From NCBI GenBank assembly GCA_951406725.2, contig OX597817.1, positions 118,358,001 to 118,422,000 of the forward strand: 64,000 nt of DNA, given 5' to 3'. Positions 1-12,272 of this stretch are shown here, piece by piece (within the stretch, counting starts at the first letter, position 1; each line of letters begins with the position of its first letter). The translations under genes were made by a program, and so were the position numbers. The notes under the pieces were generated by a model that saw nothing but the letters and a program-made list of their open reading frames with translations, did no database searches and had not been told where the DNA came from. The DNA comes from Octopus vulgaris (taxonomy: Eukaryota).

Positions 1-500
1 TATGTGGATGTAATGTGGCACTGAAGCATTTTCTGACAGGATGTAAGTCATACTTTCAAGTGCTTAGTGTACTTATGCATTAAAAGGAAAATTCTGCAGT
101 GACAAGGTAACAACATGCATATTACATCTGCTCTGTGTTGTTTTAAAAAGGATTATGAGAAAACAGCCTAGGAGTGTATCAAAGACATGTAAATACCCAG
201 ATTTCTGCATGAGACTAGTGAATATGGAGTGGTCTAATATGCTGAAAAATTTCGACTGTCATGTTGATATTGACGAGGGAAGTTTAATGATACATACGTG
301 CATGCAAAAGAAATAACATATAAAAAAACCCAGGTAATTGAGCTATGATATCCATCAAGGCAGAATGGTCCTAACAGCAGTCGCTCTGTGGCCAACATTC
401 TGTGTTATCATACATGGCTGAAATAGATATAACAACAGAAAAACAGTCATTCTTGACATAAAAAGGGAAGCAGTAAATGTTTCCTGGCAGGTAATGTAGA
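1..500 (+). mobile_element. Highly decayed 3' part of an RLE-type non-LTR retrotransposon (R2/Hero/NeSL-like)
   Basis: Frame from nt 3 reads CGCNVALKHFLTGCKS, resembling the CCHC knuckle CxxCG...LxHILxGC; weak downstream resemblance to RPDxVxWS. Many stops and frameshifts. Confidence 0.35.
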
Positions 501-765
501 TGCATGCAATAGAAACACGAATGCCGACAACAAAGAAAATGATGAACACAACTTCTTGCATTGATGATACGACCAATGCAAAGGAGACAACAATTAAGAT
601 TCTCTTATAAATTACTTCATAGGATTTGTATATTTATCTCTCCCATATGTATCTATACATTGTGTAGCTTCGTGTACCTTCGCGTATTCACATTCAAGCT
701 GGAGACGCTTTCAAAATCACCATATGACTGGCTTGATAATTACTAAGAGATTTTTTTCTCACTGT

Positions 766-847
<82 letters not shown>

Positions 848-861
848 TATATGTATGTATA

Positions 862-1019
862 GGCGCAGGCGTGGCTGTGTGGTAGGAAGTTTGCATACCA
901 TCCACATTGTTCCGGGTTCAGTCCTACTGCATGGCACCACCGGCAAGTGTCTTCTACTATAATGACTTGTAAGTGGATTTGGCGGACGGAATCTGAAAGA
1001 AGCACGTCGTATATATATA

Positions 1020-1097
<78 letters not shown>

Positions 1098-1326
1098 TGT
1101 GTGTGTGTATGTGTGTGTGTGTCTGTATGTGTGTGTGTGTTTGTATGTTTGTGTGTCTGAGTTTGTTCCCCACCATAGCTTGACAACCGAGGTTGGTGCG
1201 TTTACTTAGAGTTTTGGCAAAAGAAACCGATAAAATATGTACTAGGATTAGAAAGAATAAATCCTGGGGTCGATATATTCTATTAAAGGCGATGATGCAG
1301 CATGGCCGCAGTCAAATGACTGAAGC
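862..1326 (+). mobile_element. tRNA-derived SINE family 1 with CORE-like segment and internal (TA)n(TG)n microsatellite
   Basis: A-box-like TGGCTGTGTGG, B-box-like GGTTCAGTCC, GGCAAGTGTCTTCTACTAT segment, internal microsatellite, second module ending CAGCATGGCCGCAGTCAAATGACTGAA; recurs at 11.4, 30.0-31.0, 57.9 and 63.8 kb. Confidence 0.85.
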
Positions 1327-2368
1327 ACACACACAAATAGTATTGCATGTATGTATCATGTACAATAAAATCTTACAGTTATAGTGGTAATTGGTGTCTT
1401 CTTATCTTTATATACACGTTGACTATATACTTTGTGTCTCAATAATAAATCTGTGCTGTCGCAAGAAGCATTAACAACTTAAATTAAGATAATTGGAAGA
1501 AGGAAATTACGATAAAAATTGAGCTACATTTAAATATCTTACAAAGTGCAAATGACACATAGAGAGAGTAGAAAAGGCAGGAAAAAATTCCTTTTATGAA
1601 ATTATTACAGTATCTTTCCTACCGATAAATAATTTCCATATACTTTATATGGATTTACTTTGTAATTTAATTATCCAATTATATGTAAGCAAGAATACCG
1701 ATTTAGATTATTGCGTGGTTCTTATTAAAATACTTAAAAGTTTCAATTAATATTGTCTCATTTTAAATGAACTAGTAATTAGAATTTAGGATACTTAAGC
1801 ACATTTTCATAGCGTCTTCATTCTACACAAACATACACACACATACACACACATACACACAGATACTGACACGTTCGGAATTAGACAGCTATAAGATAAC
1901 CCAAAGATAACATACATAATATTTCTGTATGTTTCTTCGAGCATATGTGCAGTGCGCTTGTCTGTATGTGTGTTACATATGCGTGACTGTCTAGGCGGGC
2001 AATTTGTTTGACAGGCAAACATCTAAATTAATAAGTTCACAAATTAACAGTGGAAATATTAATGTGACAAAGAGTAGATCAAGTATATTTATATAAATTT
2101 GATTGGGTAATTAATAATGAGAGTTAACTATGCGCAGAACAGGTTTAAAATAATATCAAGATAAGTACATGTTTGCTGATAAATATATTGTTACGAACTA
2201 ATATGCACACTCAGACATACCAGCATGTATGTAGAGATAATACTTCATTAGCTTATATACTTACATATTACGAATATTTAATTCTGCTGCCTCATCTTAA
2301 GTACCATATTCATCTGAATCTAGATTTTTCTTGAACTCATCTAACATACATAAGGTATATATATATGT

Positions 2369-2880
2369 GACCCCCCACTTCGGTCATGAATGACCATGGG
2401 ATTGGACCTAGAAAATTACCCTCCGAGGCACAAGTCTGGGCAAGGTTTTCTATGGAAGAGCATAAGTCGCCCATGCATACCTGCCACACCTTCTCCACGC
2501 CACCGATTTTATCATAGGGAAAGGCAAAGGCCGGTATAGCTTGGCACCAGTAACGTCGCAGCTCATTTATTAACGTGGAAGTAGGTGAGCACTTCACAGA
2601 CATGTGTATCCTTGATGTACTTCTCGGAGAGTTTCAGTGTGACGCAGAGTGTGACAATGCTGGTCGTTTGAAATACAGGTACAACAGAAACAGGCAGAAA
2701 GAGTGAGAGAAAGTTGTGGTGAAAGAGTACAACAGGGTTCACCACCACCCCTGCCAGAGCCTTGTGGAGCTTTGGGTGTTTTCGCTCAATAAACACTCAC
2801 AATCCCCGATCGAGGAATCGAAACCACGAATTTATGACCGTGAGTCTGCTGCCCAAACCACTGGGCCATTGCACCTCCAC
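2369..2880 (-). mobile_element. tRNA-derived SINE family 2, tail type a
   Basis: Minus strand starts GTGGAGGTGCAATGGCCCAGTGG (A box) ... GTTTCGATTCC (B box); head and body shared with 19680-20060 and 50309-50630. Confidence 0.85.
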
Positions 2881-2907
2881 ATACATACTTACATGTATAT
2901 ATATATG

Positions 2908-2952
<45 letters not shown>

Positions 2953-3779
2953 ACATACATATATATATATATATATATGTATACTCATATTCATACACAT
3001 ATTTATATAAGCATACAAAAACACACATATCTATAGATAAGAATGCTATTTAAGTCGATAAATATAACCGTTTAGAGACAGACAGACATACATATAGATA
3101 ATTATAGATAAATATAGCTAACACGTAATTATATCGTAATTGTAGCACTGTACAGTTATTTATCAGATCTTCACCGCTAGTACAAGAGATGACCAATGAG
3201 ATTGAAGAGCAGAGCCAATGTAGCAGGCGTCATTACTATTTCTAAAGATAACTTTAATCTAAATGCATCTAATTTTCTTCTGACATTAATGGTACTTTTC
3301 AATGAATCAATTGAGGACAATCATCTGAATATTTATAAGTATGTATTTAAAAAAAGATTACTTTAGTAAATTTGTAGTTATTTACCGATGTGGGTAGTTT
3401 GCAATGTGGTTTCCTTTTCTAGTGTATTTATTTCAGTTTAGTTAATATTTCTACCTTGTATTTTCAGACACCTGCGAAGGATTTGATTAGGGCAGCACTA
3501 CGAAACTGTCCGCTGACTGTCTACTGAGATACTAAATGAAATAAGGCAGTCAATGTTCTGGCAGTCACTGCAAACAGCATCACCGAGAAATTGACAGAAT
3601 TTTCTTTAGACAAGCGTCGGCAGCATGGAGAGGAAAAATTTGCATGTACGGACAAGTACTAATTTTTCCTAAAAAGAAAAACCCTTACCTAGGCTTGTAC
3701 ATACGTACATGTGTAAATGTTGCCTGACTTTCATCTACATAGGCCTCCTGTACTGGATGAAATCGTAACTCCTAGTTGT

Positions 3780-4135
3780 TTATCAAATAAGGAATTACAA
3801 CCGTGTTTCGTGGTCTGCTACCACAACAGGTCCTTTATAGGATCCAGTTACCTCAAGACATCATCAGGAGGAACCACGTCCGGTTTCGGCCCCTACTCCT
3901 CTACCGTTTTGACGTGGCTGGTCCCCCCCTTTCGGAGGTGTCTTCAGCTCTGGTGTTGGGTGCATGTCTTCTTTCTCCTTCTTTCTTCTATTCCCTGGCC
4001 TCTTCGATGTATCGTCAGCGAGTGTCAGTCGGTGACTGACTGTCTTGTCAAATTTTTTCCTTTAAATACCTACCGCATAGTCTCCAGCAGGCAGCCCCAG
4101 CAAGTTGTCACGTGACTAAGGCTTAGGGAAATGTC
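3780..4135 (-). mobile_element. LTR/pLTR-like segment with tandem hammerhead-like cores
   Basis: Minus strand: TATTTAAA (4068-4061), CAGTCAGTC ~25 nt downstream, then CTGAAGA(3947-3941)...GAAAC-CG-GAC and CTGATGA(3867-3861)...GTGG/CCAC-GAAAC-ACG-GTT. Confidence 0.5.
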
Positions 4136-4233
4136 CAACTTGTATATTATTACATAGAATTGACTTGTGTGTGTACGGGTGGTTGTGTGTGTGTGTATAT
4201 AAATAAATATACGTACGTATATGTATATGTGTG

Positions 4234-4266
<33 letters not shown>

Positions 4267-4927
4267 TTGAGTGTGTGTGTGCGTGTGTGTTTACATATCT
4301 AATATATAAAATAAAGATGTCTGTATATTCGCTTTCACGCGATAAAGGCTTCAACAATTGCTTCCATGCTTGCGATGCATGAATAACTTGACCCCGGACA
4401 AATTTTAGGCTCTTCATTTGAATTTTTTATTAAAAATAAATAATATTGCTATATTATTCACTACTTTAAAAAGAAAGTTTCTGAATATCAACTTCCGGTA
4501 TTGATGTAGTAGCGGCGAAAAAATGCACTGCCTATTTTGACGTTTTCATTTCAAGTTTTAATTCACTATTTACAAACAACTACGATAAATTACTGAAAGA
4601 GATATTTACTAAGTTCACGAATTTATACATTCTGTACAATAGCTTTTATATACATGACTTTGTGATTTCATGTTTATTTCATTCATTGTTCGCAATATTC
4701 TCTCGCACCCTCTCTCTCCCCCACACACACAAGCCAGTCACACACGCGCACATTTGTTTTTATAAGTACGTTTGTATACATTTATGTACGTGTGTGTGTG
4801 TTTGTAATAGAGAGAGAGTAAGTGAGTCAAGGGGTGCGTTGTCATGTATACGTACATACATGAATACATATGCATATACAGTTTTTTTGTATGTATGTGT
4901 GCGTGTGTGTGAGAGAGACAGAGAGAG

Positions 4928-4970
<43 letters not shown>

Positions 4971-5058
4971 TGTCTAAGTGGCATCCACTGTCTCTCTCAT
5001 ACACACACACAAAAAGATTTATGCATATTTATTTATGTACGTATAGATGACAAGACAC

Positions 5059-5089
<31 letters not shown>

Positions 5090-6552
5090 GTCCAATTCAT
5101 CTGATTTTTGATACTCCTTGCGTGTGTGTGTGTGTGTGTGCATGTATGTGTGTTTGTGCATGCGTGGGGCGTTCCACAATCACCATTTATTTCAATTACT
5201 CTTGTGAAGATATTCACGTAACTCATTTTTTCATTTATTCCTCATTTCAATTTTCGTAAAAGTTTCCCAGGACGATGTTCTCACTCAACAAAAGGAGTCG
5301 CGGTAGATGTAGAGGATCAGTATTCTACAGTGAAGCAAAGATGAGTACAGGTAGTCAGAGTCAATAATTGGATACTGCAAATCTTTTAACTCTATCAAAT
5401 ATATAAACAACAGTTTAGATACTACAGCATAGACTCTTATGCATAATGGCAGTTAGCTAATAAATAAAAATGACGAAGATGCACAGTATGTCAGAGGAAA
5501 TACATTAGTACCAATGAGGCGTTTGGCATATCTACAACTTTCCCATTCATGAAAGGCACCCAGCGATCCTTCAGCTGAGTGTCCATCTAGAGAATGACCA
5601 CAGACGTAAACCAGACGCCAATGGTTCACCAAGCGTCCGGTGCCCACCTCCAAATTCCAATAAGATGCATACACCTCTTGAAATGTGTACACAAAAAAAA
5701 TCTCACTCCTCCAACCCATGCATTCACCAGAGGTTACAGTTTTTGAAGCACACACACTGAACATCCTCAAGACCCGTCAATGCAGGGCCAGGACACAGAG
5801 AGGACTCTCCTCCTGACATCGAAATTGATTCCGTCGTCCCTAAACCCTCAGATAAAACCCGAAATGGTTGCTGAATATCTCCCCCCACCCATGGTACCTC
5901 AAGCTAGAAAGATGGTTGCGATATGCAAACTCCAACTCTCCTCCCGCGGTTTCGATACAACGTCTGATATTTGCGCGACTATTTTCGCAGACTGCTGAAA
6001 CTTGTGCCCCACAAAAAACGGAAGCTACATCGATCCCCTATTTTTACATATGCATCCAGGGCAGGCTTGAGACGTCCAATGCTTATTGATATACGGATTA
6101 ACATTCGGAGGACAAGAAAAGATAAAATTTACTGCGTGTCTGTTAAAGACTTTATTGCATCAATGGGGTTTAGGGAGGCGAATATCTACTAAGTTCAAGA
6201 ATCTCCTACCTAATATTAAGGGAAAAAAGTGGTGGGGCAAACCAGAAAAGTTACCCAGACCTATTCCAACGAGTGGATGATAGAGGAGAGGTAGATAGAG
6301 AAGATTTTTATCAGTAAAGCTGCTATCTTGACAAACGGTATTGCTGTCAGAGTAGAAAATCTTGGGAAGCTGTTTGGAAGAAGATTTGTGGTTTTTGATT
6401 TAAGATAATCTTTACTCTCTTAGCTGATCGAATACTTCTCAACTTGTTGAAGCATTAACAAATGATCACATATATAATTGTGTGTGTATGTATGTGCGTG
6501 TGTGCGTGCGTGGGTGTGCATGTGTGTATGCGAGTGTATGTGTGTGTCTGTG

Positions 6553-6708
6553 TATAATATAAAGTCAGGTAAGACCAGTTTATGAGATTATCCTGTGTTT
6601 CACGTCCATAAAGCGTTTAGCTTTAAGCGCATCATCAGACCCCAAAACGCTTTATGGAGGTAAAACCCATGGTAATAGAATAAACCGGCCTTATCTAACA
6701 TTATTTAT
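6553..6708. repeat. Inverted repeat, ~65 bp arms, 26 bp spacer containing CTGATGA (minus)
   Basis: ...TCCATAAAGCGTTT (to 6618) vs AAACGCTTTATGGA (from 6645); arms continue imperfectly outwards. Confidence 0.8.
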
Positions 6709-6859
6709 AATATATATTGGTATATATCTTAGAGTGTACTTTTACTTTCAGATTTATGTTTTACCAACGTAATATATGTATATATATATAGTATAGACGT
6801 ATATACATATTATTTACACTATTATATGATTGAACGCCGCGCATCCTCTTCCAAGTAAG

Positions 6860-6914
<55 letters not shown>

Positions 6915-7029
6915 TATGTATATATGTATATAATTACTAATGATATTATTTCTTCTAATATAATCTCCCTACTTTTTAGTAGCACCAGATATTAAAGTCT
7001 TAGATTGACCATGTGTGTAAGGAGCCCTT

Positions 7030-7434
7030 ATCAAATTTCAATACAACTGTTGGAAAATATCTAAAATATAAACAATGCTATTATGGTAATGTGTGCTGAC
7101 CTGACTACAAACACTAATGTTTTATGACTGACCCTTTCCCAAATTTTGGCCATCGTATAAGACTGCTTCTATTAAGTGAACCCTTCCTCTATCATCTCCT
7201 TATTACTGTTCACCCTTTTGTAACCTGTCTTCCTCTTCTATCTATTCTACTTGCATCTTTTAATGTTTCCTCCCTCCCCCATGCACTCACCATTTCTTCA
7301 GCGTTCTGCTTTGTTATAACGAGAACTGGTTCGGACGAAAGTAGCATTAATTTCTTTTAGGTCGTTCAATCTTTCTCAACTGATCAATAGACCAATTGAG
7401 TAAGCTTATCAATAATGTACCTATAATGATGTGC

Positions 7435-7494
<60 letters not shown>

Positions 7495-7740
7495 TTGTGT
7501 GTATAATACTGAAAGAAGGTAAGTGCTTGGAGAAGGAAGGAAAAGGTGGGAAGCTGCAAGTAGAATAGAGAAAAACTGGAAGGTAGATTACAAAAGGGTG
7601 AAGAGAAGTAAGGAAAGGATACAGGTGGGGATGACTCACTAGGATGGCCGAAATTTTGGAAAAGGACAGGCATAAAGCAATAGTGTTTTTAGTCTAGCAT
7701 TGTTTTTAGATTAGATATCCTTCAAATGAGTTAAAATTTA
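7030..7740. repeat. Diverged long inverted repeat (arms ~7030-7303 and ~7505-7740)
   Basis: GACTACAAACACTAATG...CCCAAATTTTGGCCATC matches the reverse complement of GATGGCCGAAATTTTGG...AGTGTTTTTAGTC; TTCACCCTTTTGTAA and TCTATTCTACTTGCA blocks are also mirrored. Confidence 0.75.
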
Positions 7741-8009
7741 ATATGGACCATGTATATATATATATACATATGTATATATACATATATACATATGTATATA
7801 TACTACAGCCAAGAAAACGAGTCTCGTCCTGGAAGATCTGTGGAGCACGCCCAGGACTCCTGCAAAACATGGTGGAATAAAATCCCGTCGTAACTTTTGA
7901 GAAACTACCAGAGAATCATGGATTTGGTCATTCAATCAACCATCGACATCTGCGTGCCATCGGAAAAGTCACTAAATCGGGTCAATCACTTCCTCACAAA
8001 CTTTCTGAG

Positions 8010-8525
8010 TCTAATCACGCGGAGAGCGTGACTGTGTGCCCTCTTTTGCTATCTGTCACGTCTCACGAATGAATCTTTTCGGACCGAGAAATGGGTTTTC
8101 TATAAAACTTTCAAGCACTGGAGACAGTGGCTAGGGAAAGGAGAAACACCGGAACCCCAGGCTAAAAGGTTCTTCACTCACGTAAGGTGTTGTTTTCTGT
8201 TTGGTGGGATAAGAAATATTTAATCCACTTTGAACTTTTAAACCCAAACCAAATGTTAACAAATGAGATCTACTGCAAGCCGTTGAAGCGTCTTAAGTCA
8301 GCGCTAGAAGAAAAGCGACCACCTTAGGTTTCCAGACGAAAGGTGTTCTTCTATGAGGATAATGCTCGGCCACATACAGTGAGGATGACATTCCAAAGGC
8401 TGAAGCAGTTTGAATGAGAAATGATGTCACACCCAATATATTCACCGGTAATAACCCCATCTGATTATCACTTATTCTCTATTCTTCAAAATGATTTTGA
8501 CGGGAAAAGATGAATTTTGTAGTCG
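8010..8525 (+). mobile_element. mariner (DD34D-type) transposase fragment, pseudogenised
   Basis: Translations EKWVFY, VFFYEDNARPH and HPIYSPVITPSDYHLF, equivalent to HDNARPH / HPPYSPDLAPSDYHLF; internal stops. Confidence 0.85.
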
Positions 8526-8539
8526 AGGTCAGTAACAAC

Positions 8540-9210
8540 ACGTGCTTCTTAAAGCTACCCCACTTTGACGACAGAACTACTGCAACGATGCAACACGCAG
8601 TCCGCAGGGAAGGGCTCGACATACAGATAGCGTACACTGGCCCTCTCTGAGAAAAGCTCTGTCCAGGAACAACATCTCTCACTACTCTGAGGGTTGCACT
8701 TTGTCGAACTGCCCCATCAATGACCCTGAATTGTGCCAGAGGACCTATGTCATATATGAGATCCTTTGTGGCAAATGTGTCGCATCCTACATCGGAGTCA
8801 TAAGATAACTGAACATACGCATTAAGGAACACATTCAGGCAGACACTTCCGTGAAGAAACATCTACAGAAAATCTAGACTCGAGAGTTCAAAATGCACAC
8901 CAAGGCAACACAGCGGAGCAGGGGCAACCTTAGAATATCTGAGTCTATCCTCATACATGAAAAGAAACCCAAGATCAATAATAGAAAGGGGCTACAGGAA
9001 GCTAACTTGTTGCTATAGCAGCACACTTCTGCTCTTGTCCACTCCACACATGCTCACACACACGAACATGGGCAACATTCGTCAATTTCTTGAGGACAGG
9101 GTCATAACCCCGAAATACTGAATACAATGTAAGTCTACATCTATTCACATATTTATTTTCTTGTGATTTACTTTGCAGTTACTTGTTTTGACCTTACCCA
9201 CGATCTTTTA
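8540..9210 (+). mobile_element. Penelope-like element 3' fragment (GIY-YIG endonuclease plus pLTR)
   Basis: 8701ff reads LSNCPINDPELCQRTYVIYEILCGKCVASYIGVIR*LNIRIKEH, later ESILIHEKKPKINN; downstream TTGAGGA-CAGGGTCATAACCCC-GAAA hammerhead-like core at 9090-9115. Confidence 0.85.
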
Positions 9211-9269
9211 TACAATATATATGTGTTTGTGTGTGTGTTTGTATGTATGTAAATATATACATATATATC

Positions 9270-9382
9270 AATGTAATATGTGACAATTACTTGGTAGCCA
9301 TGTTAAAACTCCGAGTTTCAGATGTCAGGGTGGAAACTCGGAGTTTTATCATGGCTACCGAATAATTGTCACGTATTACATT
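9270..9382. repeat. Near-perfect hairpin, ~50 bp arms, 13 bp spacer
   Basis: AATGTAATATGTGACAATTA...CTCCGAGTTTC / GAAACTCGGAG...TAATTGTCACGTATTACATT. Confidence 0.9.
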
Positions 9383-10509
9383 TACAGATAAATTCCTCTA
9401 TTCATATAATATCGAGGTTTCTTTAATTCTTTTGTTGTCTTACCATTTCTATCAATATATATATCAACTTGCCTCTACCCTTTAATTCTCATGGGTGTCA
9501 TAAGGCACCAGGGTGTTTACTTCTTTCTACAGCTATTCAGTTGTTTTTGAATTGACCGTTCTGCTGGTCAGTTTCCCCAGCTATTAGTATGCGCATTTTG
9601 TTTTTAATTTTGTTGCAGATTCTGGATGTATAACTAATTTCATAATGACCCATCTTTTTTTCGCATTATGTTCATCCCACACAACTCTTTCTGATTTTGT
9701 CGCTTACTCGAAACAAATTCTATGTATATGATTAAGTATCAGTGTATAGAGATATCTTTCGTTTTGTGGTCCTTCTGCTAATTGCTGGTTTAGGTTGATA
9801 TATATATTTACATCTATGAATGTGTAGATATATATATATATATATATATATATATCTTTCCTGTTCTCAAAACCCGCCTATATGATCCGTTAATTCCATA
9901 AACCTTACCTTTTCTGTTATATTTCTCTCATTATTTATTTTGTCCTTGTTCAATCCTCCATACACCTGTAGCTTATATTGCAGACATTACCATATTTAAG
10001 AATATTGTCAGAAGATATGGAAATTGTAATGATATTTGGTCGACATCTGATGAAGGCTGAACGCTTTTGTGTCTTGTGTTTGCATTTTTTCTGTGTTTGT
10101 GTTTTTTTTCGGTAAATTGATTTGTCATTCCATTGTGCCAAATTTATCTTTATATTCCTTGCGTGTCTGTATACACGCATATGTACACATACACACGCAC
10201 ACGCACACATCCACACACTCACACATGTACACACGCACAAACATGCACATACACACACATATATAAATATTGAAATTTCCCAAACTAATATCCATGTGTG
10301 AAAGCTGGAATTATGCTTATATGTCATTGACATTTGCTTTTTCAAATGACTCGTTCTATTTACGTGTACCAATAAAGTTAATTCATTTTCCTTATGGTGT
10401 ATACCAAGGTAAACAATTTTGTTGTTGAATGTCGGTGAACAGTCTGCCTCAATTTAATACTTAATACGGCAACCACGTTCGTGAAAGTGTATGTATATAA
10501 ATATATCTG

Positions 10510-10548
<39 letters not shown>

Positions 10549-11388
10549 AATTATGTATTTATTTGTAAAAACACAACAAACCCACATATTTTTCTACTAC
10601 ACATATGTTTAGTCTATTTTATTCAGCTTTAATTCTATTGTGAATGTTTGTGCTGTGACTATTGTGTGATGTTACAATATGTATCTTCACATAATCTATT
10701 GACGCTTGACATCCTCATGTGTTTACATTCATCGGATTTATCTTCAAAATCTGTCGATCAAATCGTATTTATGTTTTGCTTTTCTTTTTTAGTTTCCTTT
10801 CTTTCAATCGATTCAGTTTGTTGAAAATTGACTGCTTTCTGTTTCGCACAGAATAGGATTGATTATTTTCTTTACTTTCATGAACTGAATGTCGGACATA
10901 ATAGTGTATATCTAAAAGGTCCCCTGTCTTTAATCTTAAAAGGACCAGTTGTAAATGTTAAATTCAAGGAGAGTGATAACATTGCCATTAAAAGGAATCA
11001 TTTGGCTATAAATACATTTCTCCATATTTTATTCTTCAGCATTTCACCCTGTGTAATCTCTGATTTTATTCAAAATGTCATTTCACTGTTCTTGTATAAT
11101 ATTGCTCGTGCACACATTATTACGAGGGAAATATGTCGTTATCCATTATACACTTGACCACACAGCGGAATTTCACGCAGCTTTCATTTATATGTAGCAC
11201 ACGTCAATGCAAATATTCGTACGTACATACAGACATGCACACACACATATATAGATATATACAGACATACACACGCACATACATATATACATACATTCAC
11301 ATACATACATAAATACATACATTCATGTGTGCATTCAAGTATACATAAAGACATTTATAGACCAACCCACATGCAGACACACGTGATA

Positions 11389-11549
11389 AGCGTGTGGCTG
11401 TGTGGTAGGGAAGTTTGCTTCCCAACCACATGGTTCCGAGTTCAGTCCTACTGCATGCCACCTTTAGTAAGTGTCTTCTACAATATCTTCGGGCCGACCA
11501 AGATCTTGTGAGTGGATTTGGTGGACGGAAACTGAAAGCCTGTCGTATG

Positions 11550-11587
<38 letters not shown>

Positions 11588-11773
11588 TCCCCCATCATCG
11601 CTTGACAACTGGTGTTGGTGTGTTTAGGCCACCGTAACCTGGCTATCGGCAAAAGAGACCGATGGAATAAGTACTAGGTTTACAAAGAATAAGTCCCGGG
11701 GTCGATTGTCTCGACGAAAGGCGGTGCTCCAGCATAGCCGCAGTCAAAGGACTGAAAGAAATAAAAGAAGAAA
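11389..11773 (+). mobile_element. SINE family 1, full length with internal (TG)n
   Basis: Same head, CORE-like segment and CAGCATAGCCGCAGTCAAA tail as 862-1326. Confidence 0.85.
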
Positions 11774-12069
11774 AGTATATACCCCCCCCCCCCCCCCAAA
11801 AAAAAAAGAGACAGACACATAGACAGACAGAGAAACAGAGAGACAGACAGAGAAACAAAGATACAGAGAGACAGTAAAAGATACAGAGACAGACGGAGAC
11901 ATTCGGAAAGATGTGTGTATTTCCCTCTTTGTATAATGAGAATAAGTGTGCGAGTATCGATGTACCATCAGGGAACTATATAAATAATAATAAAGTCAGG
12001 GTTTGTTGGCACGACAAAATGAAAATTAGAATAAGAAATATTTTCTTGAAGAATAAATGCATGTCATAA

Positions 12070-12105
12070 TGGTTTAAAATTTTGGCATGGGGTCAGCAGC
12101 CTTTC

Positions 12106-12137
<32 letters not shown>

Positions 12138-12272
12138 TAGGGTGGAAGTCGATTACATCAACCTAAGCATTTGACAGGTAATTGTTTTATCGACTCCGAA
12201 AGGAAGTGACAAAAACAGCCTCGGCAGAATTTCAGCTGAGGACATAATGACTGGGGAAATGCAGCTAAGTTA
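12070..12272 (-). mobile_element. SINE family 3, decayed
   Basis: Reverse complement matches CCGAGG...CCTTTCGGAGTCGATAAAA...GTTGATGTAATCGACTT of the 53780 copy. Confidence 0.6.
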
